Below are positions 24,303 through 31,508 of a DNA stretch of 31,508 nt, piece by piece. This DNA comes from an uncultured Candidatus Poseidoniales archaeon. Its GTDB lineage: Archaea; Thermoplasmatota; Poseidoniia; Poseidoniales; Thalassarchaeaceae. Positions within the stretch are counted from its first letter, which is position 1. Every line of letters begins with the position of its first letter. The stretch is from assembly GCA_964016325.1 (NCBI GenBank), contig CAXHFZ010000001.1:1-31508 (forward strand). Reading direction: 5' to 3'. The notes beneath the pieces were generated by a model, which made no database searches, was not told where the DNA came from, and saw only the letters and a list, made by a program, of their open reading frames with translations. Made by a program: the position numbers and the translations under genes.

Positions 24303-26039
24303 CTACAGTCTTCTTCTGAGTCTTTCCATCGCTGAATCCGCCTCGCCTAAGGACCTCAGGCATGACTGGACATCTCCTTCCTCTAGCATCTTCTCTGCTA
24401 TGGAGATAGCTCTGAGAGACGAGGACCTGTCAGAATCTTCAATTCCTATGCCTCTTGAGTCGAGCTTCTTACTCAGAGAAGACCATTCTGAGTTTACGAA
24501 ATCTATTAGCTCCCCAGCATCAGATAGCTCGGCCTCAAGTAATTGGAGATCGTTGGTTAGTGATTGTAATTCCGAGGATGCCTTTGACCATTCGGAAGAT
24601 TCGGAAAGATTGGCTACAATATCGAGTCTCTCCATCCAGTCTCCGTGCTTTGGAAACCTAGATTCTAGCTTATTTCTGTGCCTGAGCGCTCTAGTTACTT
24701 CGTTGGAAGATTCTGAAATGTCCCTTACATCTCTAACGATACTGTCAGAGATTCCCTTGGATAGCGGGTAGTTACCCTCCTCGTGTGCCTTTCTAGATTC
24801 TGAAATCATCTCCAAGTGCTTACTGAGAGACTCTCCTTCCAAGGACTTAATCGACTTTTCTGCTTCTTCCAGAGCCTTTAGTGAGTCAGATTGTAAACTG
24901 GTAAGACTCTCTATATGATTCGGGATGTTTGAAGCCATGCTCTTTGCCGTCACCGGATCTTCTGCATCAAGGGATTGCTTGGCAGATTCCAGAATACCTC
25001 TGATACTATCAGAGGAGTGTCCCTCGAGATTAGATAGTAATCTCTCACCTTCCGAAATTGCCTCGATGGCTTCTTGCCAGTGTTCAATCACCACGGATGC
25101 CTTCGTCTTGGCTGTTCTGAATAGTATCTCAGCCTCTCTCAGTGATCCTAGTTCAGATTCTCTTACTGCAATATCGTAGGCTTTGCGGGGCCCCCTTGCT
25201 GTCTTCGAAATATTCTCAGCGTCCATCACATATGTGAGCGCGTCTTCCTGTATGTCTCCGAGATCCTGCGAAATTGCGATTATACGCTTGGCCTCGCTCT
25301 CAGCCTCTTCGATCATCAGCAGACCCCTCTGGGGGTTTTTCCAGCCAATTTCTCTGGCAGTGGTTAAGAGAGAGTTGGCTTGCTCTAGCCCGGAGTTGTT
25401 TGATCTGAGTGTAATCATGAGATCTTCTGCATTTTCTAGACTGGAAGAAAATTGCTTTCTGATATCGTGCATCTCATCTTTGGAAAGTAAATCAGGAATT
25501 AGGGTGTAGGAAATTGATAGTCCTACTAATACCCAAATTTCAGGGTCAGAGCTCAAGGCCACCATTGTTGCGATTGCGAAAGCCAATCCCACTACACTTG
25601 TAATTCCTCTGAGCCTTCTGGTTGCGAGTGAATGATTCAAAATATATCGTGATACGCTCCACAGATAAAGTGCTACACTTAACATTAAGACAGAGGCGAT
25701 CTTCTCATCCATAGAGGAATATTCTGAACCGGCAACAGCAACTAAACTGGGCCAAACTATGTTTGATACTGACCCTACTCTTGATTTCTCTACTGGACCA
25801 AAATCAATCAAATCTGAGAGTAGTATTGCTGATCCAAATAGCAAGAAGACGTGACTTGATCTAGATAGCAGGTCGACCTCTCCGTTGACTGCCGGCCAAA
25901 GCCACCATGCTCCTCCAATTATTATCGACAGTAAGCCCAATAAAGCGATTTTCTCCACCCTTATCCTGTGCTCATTTACGACCCTCGCCGGGTAGTCAGG
26001 AAGCAGGACCATGTCTCTTGAGGTAGTATCATCTCTCAT
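24303..26039 (-). CDS. Hypothetical protein: about six N-terminal TM helices plus about 350 aa of alpha-helical repeats/coiled coil
   Basis: Long ORF with hydrophobic segments in the first ~200 aa, then E/A/L/S-rich amphipathic helices punctuated by G and W. Confidence 0.8.
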   Translation of the reverse strand: MRDDTTSRDMVLLPDYPARVVNEHRIRVEKIALLGLLSIIIGGAWWLWPAVNGEVDLLSRSSHVFLLFGSAILLSDLIDFGPVEKSRVGSVSNIVWPSLVAVAGSEYSSMDEKIASVLMLSVALYLWSVSRYILNHSLATRRLRGITSVVGLAFAIATMVALSSDPEIWVLVGLSISYTLIPDLLSKDEMHDIRKQFSSSLENAEDLMITLRSNNSGLEQANSLLTTAREIGWKNPQRGLLMIEEAESEAKRIIAISQDLGDIQEDALTYVMDAENISKTARGPRKAYDIAVRESELGSLREAEILFRTAKTKASVVIEHWQEAIEAISEGERLLSNLEGHSSDSIRGILESAKQSLDAEDPVTAKSMASNIPNHIESLTSLQSDSLKALEEAEKSIKSLEGESLSKHLEMISESRKAHEEGNYPLSKGISDSIVRDVRDISESSNEVTRALRHRNKLESRFPKHGDWMERLDIVANLSESSEWSKASSELQSLTNDLQLLEAELSDAGELIDFVNSEWSSLSKKLDSRGIGIEDSDRSSSLRAISIAEKMLEEGDVQSCLRSLGEADSAMERLRRRL

Positions 26040-26064
26040 GAGCTTCACTGATTGACGATTGCCC

Positions 26065-28209
26065 CTAAGGCCTCATTGATTCTTTTCCCCATAGACGGTT
26101 TGCGAGGAAGCTGAGGAAAGCCAATGCAGAAAGCACAGCGAAAAATGCCTGGACTTGATAGTCCGATACCTCATCATCTTGCTCTGAGGCCATTATTGAT
26201 TGATTGAGATTTAGAGTTCCTGATTCTCCATCTTCGTTTCCTATCCACTCTATTCTTATATCTAGAGGACCTGCCTCGAGGAGTTGGATATCAGCATCTA
26301 TTTCGAAATATCCCGAAGAGGAAGATGTTGCCCCCGGAATCATCACATAGGCCGAGCAGGTCTCTGCATAGCAAGCTCTAGCTGAGCCTACTGATGATTG
26401 GTGATTATTGATTGAAGCCCGGAAATTTATCGTATTACCGATAATCTGGTCGCCGGTAATCTCGGTTTGGATTATCTCAAGATTGAAGCCCTCCGTGGGT
26501 TCAATAGAGAATTGGAATGAGATGTATGCTGAATTTACCAGAGAGTCGATGGCCAGTATCTCCATAGAATGGATTCCTACTCCCAGATTTGACAACTCTA
26601 TCTTTTCTGCCTCTGTCCATAAGACGTTTGTATATTTTTGATCTCCATTTATCCAAACCGTCCACAGTGTGTTCATGATACTATCCAGATCATCGTAGGA
26701 CTCGGTGAGAGTGAGAAGGATATTATCCCCTTCTCGAGCAGGTTCTGAAGGACTCACACGGGTGGAGTTCGCAGTGATCTGTGGAATGATTACTGGTCCC
26801 GCAGAGTCCTCAACTACGATGTCCCACGTTCTCTTTACTGTATTCCCTGCTTCGTCTGTAACATTCAACAATAGCTCCCAGTGACTATTCGCTCTCTCTT
26901 GGTGCCTCTCATCAACAGATAGATGCATCCCATTGACCTGATCTCCTTGATTAAAGACGGCTGAGAAATACAGCTCATCATTAGAGAAATGTCTCCACCC
27001 CTGTGATTTATTTGACACTACCTGTACTGAAACGGGAAGATTCGAGTTGTCTGAAGTAATAACGTCAACAAAAAGCTCACTGTCCGATCTAATGATCATG
27101 CTGTGTTCGGATTCGTTACGCTGGACCTCGATTCCTTCAGATGTTATTTCTGTGAATCTGATATCGTAGCTAGGATTTTGTCCATCGATTATTATATCCT
27201 CATACCAAGTTGAGGAAGTCCCAAATGAGTCGATGCAGGTTAAATCTGCACTGAGAATATCTCCAGACAAGTAACCATTCTGTACAGGATTAACAGGGAT
27301 GACGACGCGCCCATCGGAATCATATTCTCCAACCGAGCTATTCAGAATTGTTCCGTTGTTGGAGAGTCTCCAGTTGAAGGTGGGAGTCTCCAATATGCTA
27401 TCATCACACTCTGAGATGAAATATATCGTACCATTAAGAGGAGCAGAAATAGACATCCCACCAGATCTACTGACTGTCACTGAAGGAGGGGAGTTCTCGC
27501 CTATTGCTATTCTGATTGTTGAGTAGACAGGAGATTCTGCTCTTAGAACAGTGAAGGAGCCGGGTTCACCGGATATTATCCCCTGCATTGCACTGAATCT
27601 GAATTCCCATGGTTCTTGGATTGAGATGAGAAGCGGAACTTCTTCAATCAGGGACCCTGTTCTGGGTAGATCGAGTAGCCTTGTGGTCCTCAGGTCAGTA
27701 TTAGCCATCAACTCGGCGGATTCCGACCAACCCCATGTTCCGGAGCTTGTACTATTCACTGGACCAACGGAAGGAGGGGAAACAAGCACCGTTACTGGCG
27801 ATAAGAGAGTTAGTTCGGTATAGTCGAACATACAACATCCAGCTACCTCTGAGTTAATCCATGATCTAGCGTTGGTCAACAGCTCTATGAAATCAGAAAT
27901 CTCAGATTCCGTGATATTCCCATCTGAGTTACCTAGGTGATTATCGATCTGCGATCTGATTCCAGTTGGCTGGTTGGGTAGTAAATCGGTGCCATATTCC
28001 TCTGGAATTACAATTTCCAAACTCCAAGTAGCATTAACCTGAGAGTCGGGAAGTAGGTCCCCTGTGAGAGAGAGGGTAGCCTGGCCGTTTATCTGAATTT
28101 GCTCGGAGTTGGTGACCTCATCATCAAACTCAGCAAAACTCAGGGGAGTCAAGATGACTATTATTGTCAAGAAGACAGCTACTGATTTATTCACGGGCAT
28201 TCTCATCAT
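26065..28209 (-). CDS. Secreted, C-terminally anchored surface protein with Ig/PKD-like beta domains
   Basis: Signal-peptide-like N-terminus, acidic S/T-rich beta-type sequence (LTCIDSFG, LNVTDEAGNT, ILAIDSLVNS), C-terminal TM helix with a short basic tail, and at least 11 N-x-S/T sequons. Confidence 0.8.
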   Translation of the reverse strand: MMRMPVNKSVAVFLTIIVILTPLSFAEFDDEVTNSEQIQINGQATLSLTGDLLPDSQVNATWSLEIVIPEEYGTDLLPNQPTGIRSQIDNHLGNSDGNITESEISDFIELLTNARSWINSEVAGCCMFDYTELTLLSPVTVLVSPPSVGPVNSTSSGTWGWSESAELMANTDLRTTRLLDLPRTGSLIEEVPLLISIQEPWEFRFSAMQGIISGEPGSFTVLRAESPVYSTIRIAIGENSPPSVTVSRSGGMSISAPLNGTIYFISECDDSILETPTFNWRLSNNGTILNSSVGEYDSDGRVVIPVNPVQNGYLSGDILSADLTCIDSFGTSSTWYEDIIIDGQNPSYDIRFTEITSEGIEVQRNESEHSMIIRSDSELFVDVITSDNSNLPVSVQVVSNKSQGWRHFSNDELYFSAVFNQGDQVNGMHLSVDERHQERANSHWELLLNVTDEAGNTVKRTWDIVVEDSAGPVIIPQITANSTRVSPSEPAREGDNILLTLTESYDDLDSIMNTLWTVWINGDQKYTNVLWTEAEKIELSNLGVGIHSMEILAIDSLVNSAYISFQFSIEPTEGFNLEIIQTEITGDQIIGNTINFRASINNHQSSVGSARACYAETCSAYVMIPGATSSSSGYFEIDADIQLLEAGPLDIRIEWIGNEDGESGTLNLNQSIMASEQDDEVSDYQVQAFFAVLSALAFLSFLANRLWGKESMRP

Positions 28210-29174
28210 CCTTCGAAGATAATTGTTGATCCAACATCATCTATCCCTAATGGAATAAGTCTATTTTTTGCGTGTAATTGACGAAGTCTGTCTCTGAGAT
28301 CTTTCTCCCCATGAACTAGGAAGAATCCTCCTCCTCCCGCACCAAGTAGCTTGGCTCCAGATGCCCCTAACGACATTATCTCATCGTGAAGGGAGTCTAT
28401 CTCATTACCAGATACCCCTGCAGAAATTCCTCTCTTCTCGTGCCAAGACTCGCCGATCAAAATTCCTAGTTTGGAAAGTTCACCTTCATTGAGAAATTGT
28501 TCTGCGGTATCAGCCTGATTCCTGATTTTTCTAAGTCTCGTTAACTTGTTGTTAGGATCTCTCGGGACCTCCCTTAGTACCTCAGAAGCACTCCTAGATA
28601 AACCAGTAAATACCAGTGTGAACTCATCTCTTATTTGTGACTCACAGGATACCATTATCGGTTCCACTCGTACTCCTTCAGAGTCAAAGGAGATTACATT
28701 GATTCCTCCGAAAGCTGCCGCATACTGATCCTGCCTGCCGATAGGCTGTCCAAGAATATCTATCTCTATCAAGCACGCTTCTTCCGCTAATTGATCGGGA
28801 GATGCGTCACGACCTGCAAATTTGTGCAGGGCATTCAGTAGTCCGACTGTTACCGTTGATGAAGAGCCCAGTCCTGTGCCTCTTGATGGTATATCTGCGA
28901 TAGTGGTAATCTCTACTCCGGAAGTAACTCCGGTTAGCCTCATAGCCTCCCTAACGAGCTCGTGTTTGAGATCCTCAAAGTCATCCACTAACTCCAGAGA
29001 GGAGTATGATACTCTGACTCTCTCATCGAATCTCTTGTTCACCAGAACGTGGATGTATTTGTCAATAGCCAGAGATACGACCTTTCCCCCGATCTCTTCC
29101 GATTTGGAGAACGAGTCGATATCCGTACCTCCTCCACAGAAGGAGGCCCTTAGGGGCGTTCGGCTGATTATCAT
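28206..29174 (-). CDS. GHMP sugar kinase, HddA (heptose-7-phosphate kinase)-like
   Basis: MIISRTPLRASFCGGGTDI, IPSRGTGLGSSS, GRQDQYAAAFGG and GAKLLGAGGGGF. Start set at ATG 29174. Confidence 0.87.
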   Translation of the reverse strand: MIISRTPLRASFCGGGTDIDSFSKSEEIGGKVVSLAIDKYIHVLVNKRFDERVRVSYSSLELVDDFEDLKHELVREAMRLTGVTSGVEITTIADIPSRGTGLGSSSTVTVGLLNALHKFAGRDASPDQLAEEACLIEIDILGQPIGRQDQYAAAFGGINVISFDSEGVRVEPIMVSCESQIRDEFTLVFTGLSRSASEVLREVPRDPNNKLTRLRKIRNQADTAEQFLNEGELSKLGILIGESWHEKRGISAGVSGNEIDSLHDEIMSLGASGAKLLGAGGGGFFLVHGEKDLRDRLRQLHAKNRLIPLGIDDVGSTIIFEG

Positions 29175-29199
29175 CAGACTAGTGGGGTCGTACACTACA

Positions 29200-29205
29200 C
29201 ATCAA
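29200..29205 (-). promoter_or_regulatory. Putative TATA-like element (TTGATG) for the GHMP kinase operon
   Basis: 25 nt upstream of ATG 29174, with no SD motif. Confidence 0.3.
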
Positions 29206-29287
29206 GACGACGGTTTACTGACAATATTCTGTTACTAGCTAATGACAACACATATGACCTTGCCACCACCGGAGCGAAGGGAGAGCG

Positions 29288-30220
29288 ATGTCCGACGTAG
29301 TGACCATGGATGACCTTAGTAACGAAGAAATATTGTCTATTCTGGAAGATTCAGTCAGACTTGTGCCTGTAGCGAGAGGCGCAGTTCACCTCCCTCTTCT
29401 AGAAGGGAAGGTTCTTGCAAACATGTTCTATGAAAACTCGACCAGGACAAGGATGTCCTTTGAAACGGCCATGAAGAGGCTTGGTGGGTCTGTTCTGAAC
29501 TTCAGCTCCATCGGAACCTCTGTCTCCAAGGGAGAGACGCTTTTCGACACCATGCAGATGGTCGAAGGTTATGCGGACATAGCCGTAATCAGGCATCCTA
29601 GGCAAGGAGCGGCCCAGTATAGTGCTGATGCGATAGATATCCCAATTCTGAATGCGGGGGATGGCGCTGGAAATCATCCTACTCAGACCATGCTCGACCT
29701 CTTCACAATAATGGAGGCTCATGGTACCATCGAGGGCCTTAATGTGGTTTTAGTAGGTGATCTGCGATACGGCAGAACAGTGCATAGCCTATCTCATGCT
29801 CTAATTCGTTTCGGAGCTGAGCTGACTCTTGTCTCTCCTGAAACACTTATGATGCCTGATGAGATTGTGAATGACCTTCGCGCTTCTGGTGCTACGATTT
29901 CAGAGTCAACCGATTTGGTCGAGGCTATTCCTGATGCCGATGTCATATACATGACGAGAATCCAGAAAGAGCGCTTTCCAGATGAGGATGAATATGCGAA
30001 GGTTGCAGGAATATACATGTTAGGCGCCAAGGATATGGACAATGCCAAGGATGGCATGATTGTGATGCACCCCCTCCCCAGGGTTAGTGAGTTACATCCC
30101 AGTTTAGACTCCACAGTAAATGCTAGATACTTCCAACAGGCATTCAATGGCGTACCGACTAGAATGGCACTTCTTTGCAGGAGTCTTGGCGTAGAGATAC
30201 CAGAGGAGGTGAAGAAATGA
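29288..30220 (+). CDS. pyrB: Aspartate carbamoyltransferase catalytic subunit
   Basis: FYENSTRTRMSFE, NAGDGAGNHPTQTMLD, GDLRYGRTVHSL, YMTRIQKERF and MHPLPR. Confidence 0.97.
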   Translation: MSDVVTMDDLSNEEILSILEDSVRLVPVARGAVHLPLLEGKVLANMFYENSTRTRMSFETAMKRLGGSVLNFSSIGTSVSKGETLFDTMQMVEGYADIAVIRHPRQGAAQYSADAIDIPILNAGDGAGNHPTQTMLDLFTIMEAHGTIEGLNVVLVGDLRYGRTVHSLSHALIRFGAELTLVSPETLMMPDEIVNDLRASGATISESTDLVEAIPDADVIYMTRIQKERFPDEDEYAKVAGIYMLGAKDMDNAKDGMIVMHPLPRVSELHPSLDSTVNARYFQQAFNGVPTRMALLCRSLGVEIPEEVKK

Positions 30221-30684
30221 GTGAGATGAGGAGGGTTACTGCAATCTGCAATGGTACGGTGATAGACCATATCCCAGCAGGTCACGCGTTGCAAGTAATC
30301 AAGATGCTCAGAATCGATACGAACAGATCGAATCCAGTCTCGCTAGTGATGAATGTCCCCAGTGACAAAATGGGAAGAAAAGATCTACTCAAAATCGAGG
30401 ACTTGGAGCTGAATCAAGAGGAGCTGGACAGACTAGCATTGATTTCGCCGAATGCAAGTGTGGCTATCATCAGAAACTACGGTGTTGCGGAGAAGAGGGT
30501 CGTTGAGCTGGCGGAGGAGCTTGTAAATGTCGCAAGATGCACATTTTCGAACTGCATCACCCAGAACCCCAGAGAGCCTCTTCCACAGAAACTGGTACTC
30601 TACAGCAGAGATCCGATTGAAGTCAGATGCTACTACTGCGGAAAAAGACAGGATTTGGATGATATCATAGATAATCTAATTTGA
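30217..30684 (+). CDS. pyrI: Aspartate carbamoyltransferase regulatory subunit
   Basis: ATGA overlap with pyrB. GTVIDHIPAG, SDKMGRKDLLKIE and the Zn ligands CTFSNCIT...CYYC. Confidence 0.96.
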   Translation: MSEMRRVTAICNGTVIDHIPAGHALQVIKMLRIDTNRSNPVSLVMNVPSDKMGRKDLLKIEDLELNQEELDRLALISPNASVAIIRNYGVAEKRVVELAEELVNVARCTFSNCITQNPREPLPQKLVLYSRDPIEVRCYYCGKRQDLDDIIDNLI

Positions 30685-30691
30685 CATGAGC

Positions 30692-31462
30692 TTACTTTAT
30701 TTCACTGTTGACTTCGATAATAATTGATTCAGGCATGTCAAGAGGTATTTGGGTCGAGAGTCTCTCCAGATTCAATGGATTGAGTAACACGAAAAATTTC
30801 GGGATGGCTACTATTGAAAAAATGACGGCGGCAATCAAGGCAATCATAGCACCACTGCCTGTGTCCAGCTCTGCTGAGAAGTAAAGTCCCAAGAAAACCG
30901 AGCTAAGAGCAAAAAACTGTGTCCAAGCCATACATGAGCGGAAGCTTCGACCGACTAACTGTGCTGTGGCTGCTGGGGTGACCAGTAAAGCTGTAACCAA
31001 AAGGGCCCCCACTACCTGAACCATACTAACTACAACTGCTGCGGTGATACAACTGAAAAGAAGACCAATAGCTCGTACTGGTATGCCCTGGACCAGGGAT
31101 GCCAGGGGGTCGACTGTAGTGGCTAGTAAGGCGCGTCCTATGATAATAATTGTGAACAGCGACACTATCGATATAGTTGCTATCAAATCCAGGTCATCAG
31201 ATGAGGTGAGGAGTAGGCTACCCCATAGATAACTCTCTACCTCTACTGTTATTCCGACTCCAGAATATCTCAGTAGCACGAGACCTAGTGATAGCGCTCC
31301 TGTGAGAAATATGGCAATCGAGGCGTCACCTGTTAGTATTTCTCTCGACTGGAGTTCGTATATGATTATGGATGCAAAGGTGCTGAATAGCAAGGCGTAC
31401 CATAATGGAGAAGTAGCGCCAATTACTATGCCAATGGCCACTCCGCCGAATGAAACGTGAGC
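30692..31462 (-). CDS. Metal (Zn/Mn) ABC transporter permease, ZnuB/MntB family; 5' end missing
   Basis: AHVSFGGVAIG, YLWGSLL, DPLASLVQG, VVGALLVTALLVTPAATA and LDTGSGAMI. The real sequence starts at AHVSF, where the adapter ends. Confidence 0.88.
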   Translation of the reverse strand, partial: AHVSFGGVAIGIVIGATSPLWYALLFSTFASIIIYELQSREILTGDASIAIFLTGALSLGLVLLRYSGVGITVEVESYLWGSLLLTSSDDLDLIATISIVSLFTIIIIGRALLATTVDPLASLVQGIPVRAIGLLFSCITAAVVVSMVQVVGALLVTALLVTPAATAQLVGRSFRSCMAWTQFFALSSVFLGLYFSAELDTGSGAMIALIAAVIFSIVAIPKFFVLLNPLNLERLSTQIPLDMPESIIIEVNSEIK

Positions 31463-31508
31463 CTGTCTCTTATACACATCTGACGCTGCCGACGAATGAC
31501 GTCGTGGG
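31463..31508 (+). other. Nextera/Tn5 sequencing adapter read-through (artefact)
   Basis: CTGTCTCTTATACACATCT (Tn5 mosaic end, 31463-31481) plus GACGCTGCCGACGA (31482-31495), an 8 nt index-like ATGACGTC, then GTG and G's. Confidence 0.97.

Noticed and set aside
24292-24771. Ser-rich 159 aa plus-strand ORF, and the many similar antisense ORFs (e.g. 806..1132, 6586..7188, 19553..20173, 23185..23625, 29794..30294)
   Set aside because: They lie wholly opposite well-supported genes. Their S/L/I-rich composition is what the reverse complement of E/K/D/R-rich coding sequence gives.
31463-31481. Tn5 mosaic end as a sign of a native IS50/Tn5 element
   Set aside because: It is followed by the Illumina adapter and an index-like sequence at the contig end, and there is no transposase.
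1-31508. CRISPR array, integrase, transposase, prophage/provirus or defence genes
   Set aside because: No regularly spaced repeats and no recognisable motifs. Nearly the whole window is tiled by cellular genes with short gaps.

Overview
A 31.5 kb, gene-dense archaeal contig end. The gene set (rpl21e, Rpo4/F, Pus10, DUF655, TrmB, archaeal pyrB-pyrI) together with bacterial-type ribA, crtI, DnaJ, a class II photolyase and an MMPL protein points to a marine Thermoplasmatota, most likely Marine Group II/Poseidoniales (inference, no database search). In order: a truncated 2Fe-2S ferredoxin-like gene missed by the ORF track; an unknown HhH-like/coiled-coil/Zn-ribbon protein; the conserved pus10-rpl21e-rpoF-DUF655-rsmA block; a 9.6 kb divergent cluster that looks like a light/photo-oxidative-stress module (left arm ribA, atypical Prx, TrmB-V4R-like regulator, ABC1 kinase, crtI, ABA4-like, DUF971; right arm photolyase, SRPBCC-TIGR01777, membrane protein); MMPL; compact DnaJ; FAH hydrolase; AIM24; MTA/SAH deaminase; an SSS symporter with an extra C-terminal domain; a sugar kinase / surface glycoprotein / membrane helical-repeat operon; pyrBI; and a truncated metal ABC permease. 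The last 46 nt are Nextera adapter, so the MYKRQ start of the final ORF is an artefact. I saw no tRNA, rRNA, CRISPR array or mobile element.
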